This document shows, piece after piece, positions 30,604 to 42,963 of a stretch of DNA of 64,000 nt (position 1 is the first letter of the stretch; every line of letters starts with the position of its first letter). The notes beneath the pieces are model-generated. The model was not told the DNA's origin. It saw only the letters and a program-made list of their open reading frames with translations, and did not search any database. Position numbers and translations under genes: made by a program. Source of the stretch: an uncultured Actinomycetes bacterium (GTDB taxonomy: Bacteria; Actinomycetota; Thermoleophilia; UBA2241); assembly GCA_963709345.1 (NCBI GenBank), contig CAVPVX010000010.1, forward strand, positions 1 to 64,000. The letters are read 5' to 3'.

Positions 30604-32443
30604 ATGGACGCGCATCTGATGCTCGGCAACGAAGCGGTCGCCCGGGGGGCGTGGGAGGCCGGCGTGCGGGTCGCCGCGGCGTATCCGGGCACGCCCAGCA
30701 CGGAGATCGTCACCAGCCTGGCCCGTTACGACGGCGTGTACGCCGAGTGGTCGACCAACGAGAAGGTCGCCTACGAGGTGGCGTTCGGCGCCGCCATGGG
30801 CGGCGTCCGCGCGCTCACGGCGATGAAGAGCGCGGGCGCCAGCGTGGCGGCCGACCCGCTGATCAGCTCGGTCTACACCGGCGTCAACGGCGGGCTGGTC
30901 GTCTGTCTCGCCGGCGACCCCGGCATGAGCAGCGGCATGACCGAGCAGGACGACCGCTACTTCGGCCGCATCAGCAGCATGCCGATGCTCGAGCCGGCGG
31001 ACAGCCAGGAGTGCTACGAGTTCGCGAAACGCGCGTTCGCGATGAGCGAGGAGTTCGACGTGCCGGTGATGGTGCGCCTGAGCATCCAGACGGCGCACCA
31101 GAAGAGCATCGTGCGGTTCGACGGGGAGCTCGCGGCCGGCGGCGGAGACGACCCGGCCGCTCTTCGCCGCCCGGCGCCGGAACGCCGGCCGCCGGACCGG
31201 AAGACCGAGAAGTACTGCCTGCTCCCGAAGTTCTCGCGGCCGCTGCACCGGAGCCTGCTCGAGCGCGTCGAGCGCCTGCGCGCGTACGCGGAGGCGAGCG
31301 CCGCGTCCGGCGAGCTGGCGCGCGTGGAGCCCGGGACGGGCGCCTACGCGCGTATCGGCATCGTGAGCGGCCGGCGCTGCCTTCATCAGCGCCAAAGAGG
31401 CGCTGCCAGGGGCGTCGCTCCTCAAGCTCGGCATGATCCACCCGCTGCCGATCGAAGCGATCCGCGAGTTCGCGGCCACCGTCGACCGTCTGTTTGTCGT
31501 CGAGGAGCTCGAGCCGTATCTGGAGGAGCAGCTGCTCGCCGCCGGCATCGCCTGCGAGGGCAAGCAGTGGTTCCCGCAGTGGGGCGAGCTGACCCCGGTG
31601 CGGGTCGGCCGGGGCCTCGTCGCCGCCGGTCTCGACCTGCCGCGCTGGGCGGAGGAGAAGGCCGCGGAAGATGGCTCCGTCATCCCGCGGCCCCCCGTCC
31701 TCTGCACCGGCTGCCCGCACCGCGGCATGGCCACGGCGATGAAGAAGCTCGACCTCGACGTGCACGGCGACATCGGCTGCTACGACCTCACGACGCTTCC
31801 GCCGGTCAGCCACATGCACTCTGCCGTCGAGATGGGCGCCAGTATCCCGATGGAGCAGGGATTCTCGCGGGCCGGCGGCAGCGAGAAGGGGTCCATCGCC
31901 GTCATCGGCGACTCCACCTTCCTGCACTCCGGCCTCACCGGGCTGCTCAACGCGGTGCACCAGCGCACGAACGTCACCGTGCTGATCCAGGACAACAGCA
32001 TCACCGCGATGACCGGCGGCCAGACCAACCCCGGCAACGTGCGGACGCTGGCCGGCGCGGAGACGAAGCCGGTGGACATCGCGGCGATCTGCCGGGCGCT
32101 CGGAGTCGAGCACGTCGAGTCCGTCGACCCCTACGACTACGAGGCGTGCGTCGCGGCGCTGGAGACGGGGCTCGCCTTCGAGGGCCCCGCCGTCATCATC
32201 ACGGACCGGCCCTGCATGCTCTTCCCGAGCAAGCTCCCGGGCGACGCCCACTACGTGGTCGACGAGGATGTCTGCAACGCCTGCCAGCAGTGCATGAAGC
32301 TCGGCTGCCCGTCGCTGCACCATGTCGACGTCGAGCACAAGGGCCGGCACAAGGTCGCGATCGACATCGAGACGTGCACCGGGTGCTCGCTCTGCGCGCA
32401 GCTCTGCAAACCGGGCGCGATCAAGAAGGCAGGTGACGCATGA
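30604..32443 (+). CDS. iorA: Indolepyruvate:ferredoxin oxidoreductase alpha subunit, frameshift near 31370
   Basis: LGNEAVARGA, YPGTPSTE, NEKVA, LCTGCPH, GDIGCY, GDSTF.HSG, TAMTGGQ, two 4Fe-4S motifs. Confidence 0.9.
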
Positions 32444-33081
32444 GCGGCGAGCAGTCCAAGTCCCCGGCGCCGAACGCCTGCGCCGCGCACTACGCGGACG
32501 GCGTGGTCGACGACATCATGGTGGTCGGGGTCGGCGGCCAGGGCGTGATCGTGGCCGCCGCGGTCATCGCCGACACGGCGCTGCTGCACGGCGATCTCGA
32601 GGTGAAGCTCAGCGAGACTCGCGGGATGAGCCAGCGCGGCGGCAGCGTCAGCTCGCACATCCGCATCGGCAAGACCGTTGTGGCGCCGAGCATCAGCCCC
32701 GGTGAGGTCGACTACCTGCTCGCCTTCGAGCAGGCCGAGGGCCTGCGGCTGGCTCCGTCGGTCGTCCCCGGCGGCGTCGCCATCGTGAACCTGCAGCAGA
32801 TCGTCCCCCCGCTCGCCTCGCAGGGCGAGTTCGCCTACCCGTTTGACGCCGTCGAACGCATGGACGACGGCTCCAGGCGGCTGATCGCCCTCGACGGCAA
32901 CGCGATCGCCCTCGAGGTCGGCGACCTCAAGGTGGCCGGTATCGTCCTCGTCGGGGCCTTGTCGACGCACCTCCCGTTCAACGTCGCCACGTGGCAGGAG
33001 GCGCTGGCACGCAACGTGCCGGCGAAGTGGAAGGCGCTGAACTTCGCCGCTTTCGCGGCGGGCCGCGAGGCGGGGGCGTGA
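32440..33081 (+). CDS. iorB: Indolepyruvate:ferredoxin oxidoreductase beta subunit
   Basis: GVGGQG, GMSQRGGSVSSHIRIG. Confidence 0.9.
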   Translation: MSGEQSKSPAPNACAAHYADGVVDDIMVVGVGGQGVIVAAAVIADTALLHGDLEVKLSETRGMSQRGGSVSSHIRIGKTVVAPSISPGEVDYLLAFEQAEGLRLAPSVVPGGVAIVNLQQIVPPLASQGEFAYPFDAVERMDDGSRRLIALDGNAIALEVGDLKVAGIVLVGALSTHLPFNVATWQEALARNVPAKWKALNFAAFAAGREAGA

Positions 33082-34448
33082 GTGCGCTGAGTCCCGGCGG
33101 CGCGGCCGCAGGCCTGCACGCCGCCGGCGAGGAGCGCGAGTACTTCGACCCTGCCGACGAGATGCTCGAGCCCGGCGCCCTGCGGGCGCTCCAGCTCGAG
33201 CGTCTGCGACAGGTGGTCTCCCACGCGTACGCCCGGAGCGCGGCGTACCGCGAGCTGTGCCACTCCGCCGCTGTCGAGCCGGCCGACATCACGTCGCTGG
33301 ACGACGCGCGCCGCCTGCCCTTCATCGAGAAGACGACGCTGCGCGACACGTATCCTGACGGCCTGCGCACGTGCGGCATCGACGCCATCATCGAGGTGCA
33401 CTCGACCTCGGGAACGACCGGCAAGCCCTCGCCGATCTGGGTGACGCGCCGCGACATGGCGTTCTGGGCTCAGCGCAACGCGCGTTCGCTGTGGATGGTC
33501 GGCCTCCGGCCCGGTGACCTCCTGCAGAACTGCTTCGGCTACGGTCTCCCGACCAGCATCGGCCTGCAGTACGGCGCCCAGCACGCCGGCATCGGCGTAG
33601 TCCCCGCCGGCATCGGCCGCCAGGAGTTGCTCGTCGATCTCATCGTCGATCTGGGCGTGACCGCGATCTGCACCACGCCGTCCTACGGGCTCTACCTCGC
33701 CGACAAGGCGAAGGAGCGCGGCATAGACCTCGCGACCGGCTCCAGGTTGCGCACCGGGCTGTTCGGCGCCGAGCCCTGGCCGGAGTCGGGACGCGAGCGG
33801 CTCACGGCGGCTCTCGGTGTGGACGCCTTCAACGAGTACGGCATGGGCGAGTTCCTCGGGCCCGGGATGGCCTGCGAGTGCCCGGTCAAGCAGGGCATGC
33901 ACGTGTGGTCGGACCATCTGCTCGTCGAGTGCATCGACCCGGTGACGCTCGAGCCGGTCGCCGACGGCGCCCCCGGCGAGCTCGTCTGGACCTCGCTCAC
34001 CAGCGACTCCATGGCGATGATCCGGTATCGCAGTCACGACATCAGCTCGCTGAGCTGGGAGCCGTGCGCCTGCGGTCGCACCCACCCGAAGATCGGCCGC
34101 ATCACCGGGCGGAGCGACGACGCTCTTTCACTCGGTGGCCTCGTCGTCTTCCCCAGTCAGATCGAGGAGGCTCTGGTGCGCCACGACGAGTTCGGCAGCA
34201 ACTTCTGCATCGTCGTCGAGAACGTCGACAACCTCGACCGGCTCACCCTGCAGGTGGAGATCCGCGGTCTCGACGCGCTGAGCGATGATGGCCGGACCCG
34301 TCTGGCGCGCGCTCTCGCGACCGCGGTCAAGTCGACGACCGGGGTGACGCCGCGCATGGAGCTCCACTCGCCGTTCTCCCTGTCGCGCGAGACCGGCGGC
34401 CAGGGTAAGACGGCCTGTCATCGCGTCGACGACCGGCGCGGCCGCTGA
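33078..34448 (+). CDS. paaK: Phenylacetate-CoA ligase family
   Basis: HSTSGTTGKP, FGYGL, CTTPSY, GAEPW, YGMGE, GRSDD, VFPSQIE. Confidence 0.85.
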   Translation: MSALSPGGAAAGLHAAGEEREYFDPADEMLEPGALRALQLERLRQVVSHAYARSAAYRELCHSAAVEPADITSLDDARRLPFIEKTTLRDTYPDGLRTCGIDAIIEVHSTSGTTGKPSPIWVTRRDMAFWAQRNARSLWMVGLRPGDLLQNCFGYGLPTSIGLQYGAQHAGIGVVPAGIGRQELLVDLIVDLGVTAICTTPSYGLYLADKAKERGIDLATGSRLRTGLFGAEPWPESGRERLTAALGVDAFNEYGMGEFLGPGMACECPVKQGMHVWSDHLLVECIDPVTLEPVADGAPGELVWTSLTSDSMAMIRYRSHDISSLSWEPCACGRTHPKIGRITGRSDDALSLGGLVVFPSQIEEALVRHDEFGSNFCIVVENVDNLDRLTLQVEIRGLDALSDDGRTRLARALATAVKSTTGVTPRMELHSPFSLSRETGGQGKTACHRVDDRRGR

Positions 34449-34515
34449 CCCGTCGCGTCACTGCGCCGCGCCAATCCAGCGTGGCGGCCTGAGCCGAATC
34501 GCGAAGCGAAAACGA

Positions 34516-34575
34516 GTTCAGGATGCTGGACAGCCCTCCAGAGGCCTTGAAGCAGTTGCCGGCTCCCGTCAGGGT
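34516..34575 (+). promoter_or_regulatory. Operator GTTCAG-GATG-CTGGAC plus promoter TTGAAG-17-CAGGGT for the hutU operon
   Basis: Motif 34516-34531, 15-bp gap, -35 at 34547, -10 at 34570. Confidence 0.7.
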
Positions 34576-34639
34576 GGGATCAGGAACACCGCGTGAGCGA
34601 CTGCACGCCCGAAAACCTCCCCACGAAGCGAGGCCGCAC

Positions 34640-36333
34640 GTGAACACCACAGGAGCTTCGACCACCGCGGGCCCGCGCCCGGTGCGCGCGCCGCGCGGGA
34701 CGGAGATCAGCTGCAGGGGCTGGCAGCAGGAAGCCGCGCTGCGCATGCTCATGAACAACCTCGATCCCGGAGGTCGCCGAGGAGCCGGACGAGCTGGTCG
34801 TCTACGGCGGCACCGGCAAGGCGGCGCGCGACTGGGCGAGCTTCGACGCGATCGTCGCGCACGCTGCGCCGCCTCAAGGACGACGAGACGCTGCTCGTGC
34901 AGAGCGGCAAGCCCGTCGGCGTCTTCGCAGACGCACGACGATGGCGCCGCGCGTGCTCATCGCCAACGCCAACCTCGTGCCCGACTGGGCGAACTGGGAC
35001 GAGTTCCGGCGGCTGGAGGCGCTGGGCCTCACCATGTACGGGCAGATGACCGCCGGCACCTGGATCTACATCGGCACGCAGGGCATCCTGCAGGGCACGT
35101 ACCAGACGTTCGCCGCCGCCGGCCAGAAGCACTACGGCGGTCGACTCGCCGGCCGGCTCGTGCTGACCGCCGGCCTCGGCGGCATGGGCGGCGCACAGCC
35201 GCTGGCCGTCACCATGGCGGGCGGCGTGGCGCTCTGCGTCGAGGTCGACCCGCACCGCATCGAGCGCCGTCTCGAGACCGCCTACCTCGACGTCGCGACC
35301 GAGTCGCTCGACGAGGCGCTGCGTCTCGCCGACGCGGCCGTCAGGGCGAAGCAGCCGCTCTCAGCATCGGGCTGCTGCGGCAACGCCGCCGACGTGCTAC
35401 CCGGAGCTCGTGCGCCGCGGCTTCACACCCGACCTCGTCACCGACCAGACCTCGGCGCACGACACCCTCGACGGCTACGTGCCCAACGGCATGACCCTCG
35501 CCGAGGCCGCTCGAGCTGCGCGGCGCCGACCCGAAGGAGTACGTGCGCGCGTGCCGTGGCCAGCATCGTCGTGCACGTGCGGGCGATGGTCGCCTTGCAG
35601 AAGGCCGGCGCCCACGTGTTCGACTACGGCAACAACATCCGCGGCGAGGCGAAGGAGGCCGGCTACGCCGACGCCTTCGCCTTCGCCGGCTTCGTGCCGC
35701 CTATATCCGGCCGCTGTTCTGCCGCGGCAACGGCCCCTTCCGCTGGGCGGCGCTCAGCGGCGACCCGGCCGACATCGCCGCGACCGACGCGGCCCTGCTC
35801 GAGGCCTTCCCGGACAACGAGATGGTCGCGCGCTGGCTCCGCATGGCCGGCGAGAAGGTCGCGTTCCAGGGGCTGCCCTGCCGCATCTGCTGGCTCGAGT
35901 ACGGCGAGCGCGCCAAGGCGGGCCTGATCTTCAACGACCTGGTGCGCACGCGGCAAGGTCAAGGCGCCGATCGTGATCGGCCGCGACCACCTCGACTCCG
36001 GCTCGGTGGCCAGTCCGTACCGCGAGACCGAGAGCATGCGCGACGGCAGCGACGCGATCGCCGACTGGCCGATCCTCAACGCACTGCGTCAACACCGCCG
36101 CCGGCGCCAGCTGGGTAAGCTTCCACCACGGCGGCGGCGTGGGTATCGGCAAGAGCCTGCACGCCGGCATGGTGGTGGTCGCCGACGGCAGCGACATGAT
36201 GGACGAGCGCTTGCGGCGCGTGCTCACCAGCGACCCGGGCACCGGCGTCATGCGTCACGTCGACGCGGGGTACCCCGAGGCGATCGAGAAGGCCCGCGAG
36301 TCGGGCATCGATCTGCCCGATGATGGAGAGTGA
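34640..36333 (+). CDS. hutU: Urocanate hydratase, many frameshifts
   Basis: [83 protein letters not shown] across frames. Confidence 0.9.
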
Positions 36334-36336
36334 GCG

Positions 36337-36669
36337 ATGAGCGAGACGAGCGCCGCCTCCGGCGCGACCGTGGTCGACGAGGCGCTGGACCTCCAGGTCC
36401 CGCTGGAGATCGGCCTTTGCAAGGCCTGCGGCATCTGCATCGAGCTGTGCCCGGAGAAGGTGTTCGACCGCGACAAGCTCGGCCGTACCCGGTGGTCGCG
36501 CGCCCCGAGGACTGCACCCGTGTCTGCTCTGCGAGCTGCACTGCCCGGACTTCGCGCTCGAGATCAAGCGGCGGCGCGCAAGAAGAAGGCCGCGCGTCCG
36601 CCGGCCGTCGAGCCCGAGCAGCTGGCCACCGTTTCCGAGCCGTGCAGCCACGACGGCGAGGAGGGCTGA
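36337..36669 (+). CDS. korD: 4Fe-4S ferredoxin (delta) subunit of 2-oxoacid oxidoreductase, frameshifted
   Basis: CKACGICIELCP and a second C..C..CELHCPDFA motif in the adjacent frame. Confidence 0.75.
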   Translation: MSETSAASGATVVDEALDLQVPLEIGLCKACGICIELCPEKVFDRDKLGRTRWSRAPRTAPVSALRAALPGLRARDQAAARKKKAARPPAVEPEQLATVSEPCSHDGEEG

Positions 36670-36670
36670 G

Positions 36671-37851
36671 ATGGGCGTCGCCGAGACAGCCGCTTCCGCG
36701 CCGTGCTGCTGCAGGGCAACGAGGCCGTCGCCGAAGGCGCCATCGCCGCCGGCGCCCGCTTCTTCGCCGGCTACCCGATCACGCCGTCGACCGAGATCGC
36801 CGAGGTGCTCGCCCGGCGCATGCCCCAGGTCGGCGGCACCTTCATCCAGATGGAGGACGAGATCGCCAGCATCGCCGCCGTCTGCGGCGCGTCCCTCGCC
36901 GGTCAGAAGGCGCTCACCGCGACCTCCGGCCCGGGCTTCAGCCTCATGCAGGAGATGATCGGCTTCGCCTCGATGGCGCAGATCCCCTGCGTGATCGTCG
37001 ACGTCATGCGCGGCGGGCCGTCTACGGGTCTGCCGACGGAGCCCAGCCAGGGTGACGTGATGCAGGCCCGCTGGGGCACGCACGGCGAGCACTCGGTGAT
37101 CGCTCTCGTGCCGAGCAGCGTCAAGGAGTGCTACACGCTGACCGTCGAGGCGTTCAACCTCTCCGAGCAGTACCGCACGCCGGTGATCATCCTCTCGGAC
37201 GCGCTGATCGGGCACATGCGCGAGGCGGTCGTCCTTCCCGGTCCGGATGAGCTTCGCGTGGCGGAACGTGCCGAGCTCGAGCTCGATCCGGACGACTACG
37301 ACACCACCTCCAGCACGCTGGACAACATCCTGCCGCGGCCGCCCTTGGGCTCGGCGTTCAAGGTCCACGTGACGGGCCTTGTCTACAACCGCCGCAGCGG
37401 CACCCCCGACACCGCCGACCCGGCCGCGGCCGCCGACCTCGGCCGCTACCTGCGCGAGAAGATCTACCACCACCGCGACGCGATCGCCAGGGTGGAGGAG
37501 ACGCACATGGAGGATGCCGAGGTCGCGATCTTCGCCTACGGCTCCGTCGCCCGCTCGGCGCTGGCCGTCGTGCGCTGGGCGCGCGCCCAGGGCGTCCCGG
37601 TCGGGCTGGTCCGCCCGATCACCATCTGGCCGTTCCCCACGCACGCCGTCGACCGCATGGCCGGGCAGGTGCGCAGCGTGATCGTCCCCGAGATGAACGT
37701 CAGGCAGATGAGCTGGGAGGTGCAGGCCGCCGTCGCCGGCCGCGCCAAGGTGGTCGACTACGGCCGCATCGACGGCAAGCTGATCACCCCGGCCGAGATC
37801 AAGGAACTCGTCAAACAGGAGTTCTACTACCACAAATGGGAGGACGAATGA
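36671..37851 (+). CDS. korA: 2-oxoacid (2-oxoglutarate):ferredoxin oxidoreductase alpha
   Basis: QGNEA, GYPITPSTE, QMEDEIAS, TSGPG, RGGPSTGLPT; start uncertain (36671 or 36703). Confidence 0.88.
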
Positions 37852-38741
37852 GCGCCCTGGTCGACGAGCAGACGCTCGAGAAGTCACCGAAGGGCGACCC
37901 CCAGCTCCCGAGGATCAAGCCGCACACGACCTCCGAGATCAAGGCGCATCTGCGTGCCGCCAAGACGCTCTGGTGCCCGGGCTGCTCCAACGGCACGATC
38001 ACCCGGGCGTTGATCGACGCGCTCCTGGGTCTCGAGGTCGACCCCGCTAAGGTCGTCGTGGTCGCCGGCATCGGCTGCAGCGGTCGCGTCAGCGCCTATC
38101 TCGACTACTCGACCGTCCACACCGCCCACGGCCGCGCGCTTGCCGTGGCCACCGGCGTCAAGGCGGCGGACCCGTCGCTGCACGTGATCGTCGCCATGGG
38201 CGACGGCGACAGCTCGGCGATCGGCGGCAACCACTTCATCCACGCGGCGCGCCGCAACATCGACCTCACGGCGCTGGTCTTCAACAACTCCATCTACGGC
38301 ATGACCGGCGGTCAGACCAGCCCGACGACGCACCTCGGCGACAAGTCGACGACGAGCGTGTACGGCAACGTCGAGCCCGCCTTCGACCTTTGCGAGCTGG
38401 CGCACGCCGCGGGAGCGACCTACGTCGCCCGCGGCACCGCCTGGGCGTACCGTCAGCTGGTCAACGTGATCGCCGGCGGCATCGCGCACAAGGGCTTCTC
38501 GATGGTCGAGGCGATGGCGATCTGCCCCGTCTACTACGGGCGCTTCAACCTCACCTCCGACCCCACCGAGTTCCTGCTGGTGCAGAAGGAGCACGCGGTG
38601 CCCGCGAGCGAGTTCGACGAGGGCGAGTCGCGCGTGCGCGACAAGTACCCGGTCGGGTTGCTGCATCACGCCGAGCGCCAGGAGTTCGTGACCGCGCTGG
38701 CGGAGGTCAAGGAGAGGGCGAAGGAGACATCCAATGGCTGA
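37848..38741 (+). CDS. korB: 2-oxoacid:ferredoxin oxidoreductase beta (TPP-binding)
   Basis: WCPGC, GIGCS, HGRA, GDGD, IGGNH, YGMTGGQ. Confidence 0.9.
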   Translation: MSALVDEQTLEKSPKGDPQLPRIKPHTTSEIKAHLRAAKTLWCPGCSNGTITRALIDALLGLEVDPAKVVVVAGIGCSGRVSAYLDYSTVHTAHGRALAVATGVKAADPSLHVIVAMGDGDSSAIGGNHFIHAARRNIDLTALVFNNSIYGMTGGQTSPTTHLGDKSTTSVYGNVEPAFDLCELAHAAGATYVARGTAWAYRQLVNVIAGGIAHKGFSMVEAMAICPVYYGRFNLTSDPTEFLLVQKEHAVPASEFDEGESRVRDKYPVGLLHHAERQEFVTALAEVKERAKETSNG

Positions 38742-39345
38742 CGTCGCCGACAGGCTCGCGCGCGTGGAGCTCCGCTTCTCCGGCTCGGGCGGGCAGGGCA
38801 TCCTTCTGGCCGCGGCGATCGTCGCCGAAGGCGCGACGGCGCTGGGCAAGCACGTCGTGCAGACCCAGAGCTACGGCCCAGAGGCGCGCGGCGGCGCGTC
38901 CAAGTCGGAGGTCATCGTCTCGGACGAGGACATCGACTACCCTGAAGTCCTCACGCCGGACATCAACCTCGTCCTCTCTCAGGCGGCCTACGAGAAGTAC
39001 GCGGCCGACACGCGGCCCGGAGGTCTGCTCGTCTACGACTCCGGGCTGGTCGAGCCGGACGAGCGCGCCGCCGGGCTGCGGCTCCATGGTCTGCCCTTCA
39101 CCCAGGCGGCGGTGGACGAGCTCGGCAAGAAGGTCGTGACCAACATCGTCTCGCTCGGCGCCTTCGTCGCCATCAGCGGCGTGCTGCCGCCCGAGGCCGT
39201 CGAGCAGGCCGTTCTGAACCGCGTGCCCGCCCGCTTCCGCGAGCTCAACGAGCAGGCGTTCGGGCTGGGGCTGCGGCTCGCCGCCGCGGCCGGGTCGGAG
39301 GCGCCGACGTCCCCCGACGCCGTCGCTTCGTCGTCTGCCGGGTGA
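38734..39345 (+). CDS. korC: 2-oxoacid:ferredoxin oxidoreductase gamma
   Basis: GSGGQG, QSYGPEARGG. Confidence 0.9.
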   Translation: MADVADRLARVELRFSGSGGQGILLAAAIVAEGATALGKHVVQTQSYGPEARGGASKSEVIVSDEDIDYPEVLTPDINLVLSQAAYEKYAADTRPGGLLVYDSGLVEPDERAAGLRLHGLPFTQAAVDELGKKVVTNIVSLGAFVAISGVLPPEAVEQAVLNRVPARFRELNEQAFGLGLRLAAAAGSEAPTSPDAVASSSAG

Positions 39346-40534
39346 GGGCAGTGGACCTGCTGGAACACCAGGGCAAGCGCCTCTTCGCCGAAGCGGGACT
39401 GCCGGTACTTCCGTCGCGCGTCGCCGGTTCCACTGCCGAGGCGTGCGAGGCGGCCGAAGCTCTGGGATTCCCGGTCGTGGTCAAGGCGCAGGTCAAGTCC
39501 GGCGGGCGTGGCAAGGCCGGAGGCATCCGCATCTGCGCCGCTGCCGCCGACGTCGAGGCCGCCACCGCCGAGATCTTGGCCATGACCATCCGTGGCAAGG
39601 CCGTCGAGTCGGTGCTCGTCGAGCAGGCGGTCGAGGTCGAGCGTGAGATGTACCTCGCGATCGCCTTGTCGCGAGCCCTCCGCACGCCTCTGCTCATCTT
39701 CTCGCGCGAGGGCGGCGTCGACATCGAGGCTCTCGCCGAGAACGATCCCGGAGCGCTCGTGCGCAGCCCCGTCGATCCACTGATCGGACTCTGCGACTAC
39801 CAGGTGCGGGACGTCGTCGCGGCCGCTTCACTCGACTCGGATGGGCCGGCTGCTGCAGACGCGAAGCGGGCGCTGGCGGCGGTCGTGCGCACTGTGTGGC
39901 GTGTCTACCACGACAGCGATGCGACACTCGTCGAGGTCAACCCTCTGGTGCTGACGCGACGCGGCGAGATCGTCTGTCTCGACAGCAAGGTGACGATCGA
40001 CGAGAACGCACTGCACCGCCAGACGGATCACAAGCTGGACGCGCCTGCGGACGAGCGCGAGGCGAAGGCCCGCAGGGCAGGCCTCGCGTTCGTCGCTCTC
40101 GACGGCGACATTGGCGTGCTCGGCAACGGCGCCGGCCTCGTGATGAGCACGATCGACCAGATCGCCGCCGCCGGCGGCAACGCCGCCGACTTCTGCGACA
40201 TCGGCGGCGGCGCCCGCGCCGACGTCGTCGCGGCGGCGCTCGAGGCGATCCTCGCCGAGCGCCCGATCGCGGCGCTGCTGGTCAGCGTCTTCGGCGGTAT
40301 CACACGCTGCGACGAGGTCGCGCGCGGATTGATTGAGGCGCTCGGCCCGGCGCGGCTCGAGGCGCCGGTCGTGGTGCGCCTCGACGGCAACGCGGCGAAG
40401 GAGGGGCGCGCCGTCCTTGCGGAGGCGCGCCTCCAGGGCGTCACCGTCGCCGCCACGGCGACGGAGGCCGTGACCGAGGTCGTCGCTGCGGCTCGCTCTC
40501 ACGCGCCCGCCGGCTCTCCGGAAGGCGGTGCCTG

Positions 40535-40535
<1 letters not shown>
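39342..40535 (+). CDS. sucC: Succinyl-CoA synthetase beta
   Basis: EHQGK, KAQV..GGRGKAGG, GNGAGLVMST, DIGGGA, FGGITRCD. Confidence 0.93.
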
Positions 40536-41415
<880 letters not shown>

Positions 41416-41419
<4 letters not shown>

Positions 41420-42963
41420 CCCGGATCGTCATCGGAGCCGCGCCGCTCACCATAGACGACGTGGTCGCGGTGGCGCGCGGCGGAGCCGAGGTCGCTCTCG
41501 GCCGCGCCGCTCGCGAACGCATCGCGGCGGCGCACGACGTGATCGCCGCCGTGATCGCGAACGAACTGGTCGCCTACGGCGTCACCACGGGGTTCGGACT
41601 GCTGGCGACCACGCACATCCCGGTCGACAAGGTCCGCGAACTGCAGGAGAACCTGGTGCGCAGCCATGCCGTCGGCGTCGGCGTGCCGCTCTCGCGCGAG
41701 GTCGTGCGCGCCGGAATGACGATCCGGCTCAACACCATGGCTCGCGGGCACTCGGGCGTGCGCGAAGAGGTCGCGGAGCACCTCGCCGCCTGCATCAACG
41801 CCGATATCGTTCCGTGGGTGCCGTCACGCGGCTCGCTGGGCGCTTCCGGCGACCTCGCCCCCTCCGCGCACCTGGTGCTCGCGATGATGGGCGAGGGCGA
41901 GGTCCTCACGAAGGAAGGGCGGCGCGAGCCGAGCATGCCCGCGTTGCGGGCAGCCGGGCTCGCGCCCCTCACCCTGGAGGCAAAAGAAGGACTCAGTCTG
42001 CTCAACGGCACCCAGTTCATGGCCGCCATTGGCTGTCTGCTGGTCGCCGACGGCGAGGCGCTCCTCGACTCCGCCGACCTGATCGGCGCCATGAGCCTCG
42101 AGGGCCTGCGTGCCTCCGTCGGTCCCTTCGAGGAGCGTATCCAGGCGCTCCGCCCGATACCCGGCCAGCTCGAATGCGCCGCCAACGTGCGTCGCGCCAC
42201 CGCCGGCAGCGCGATCATGCAGAGCCACCTCAACTGCGACAAGGTGCAGGACGCCTATTCGCTGCGCTGCATCCCTCAGGTGCACGGCGCCTGCCGCGAC
42301 GCTCTCGCGTGGCTGCGCCGGGTCGTCGGCGTCGAGGTCGATTCGGTCACCGACAACCCGCTCATCTTCCCCGACTCCGGCGAGATCATCTCGGCCGGCA
42401 ACTTCCACGGCGAGCCGCTGGCCCTGGCGCTCGACCTGGCGGCGATGAGTCTCTCGGAGATCGCGAGCATCAGCGAGCGCCGCACCTTCCGCATGCTCAC
42501 CACCTCGCTCAGCGAGCTCCCGGCGTTCCTCACGACCGACAGCGGCCTGAACAACGGCTACATGATCGCCCAGTACACGGCCGCCGCGCTGGTTGCCGAG
42601 AACAAGATCCTCTGTCACCCGGCGAGCGTCGACTCGATCCCGAGTTCCGGCGACCAGGAGGACCACGTGAGCATGGGTATGACTGCGGCGCTCAAGGCTC
42701 AGGACGTGCTTCGCAATGCGCTCAGCGTCCTCGGCATAGAGGCGCTCTGCGCGGCCCAGGCCATAGACCTGCTGGCGCCGCTCACGCCCGGCGCCGGTAC
42801 CGGGGCCGGGCTGGCGATCGTCCGTGCGCTGACGCCGACACTGGGTCGCGACAGGTATCTGGCGCCGGAGATCGAGGCCGCAGCGGCTGCCGTGGCCGCC
42901 GGCCGCTTCGCCGCCGTGGTGCGCGAAGACGCCGGCGCCGCGATGGGAGGAGCGGGCCTATGA
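41416..42963 (+). CDS. hutH: Histidine ammonia-lyase (canonical)
   Basis: YGVTTGFG, LVRSHAVG, GASGDLAP, VQDAYSLRC, GNFHG, QEDHVSMG; AAGGAGG RBS. Confidence 0.95.

Noticed and set aside
27439-32436. Very long ORFs (988 aa at 27439-30405 minus; 1068 aa at 29230-32436 plus)
   Set aside because: They are chimeras of real frameshifted genes (MttB #6, iorA) with antisense or shadow frames, typical of high-GC DNA.
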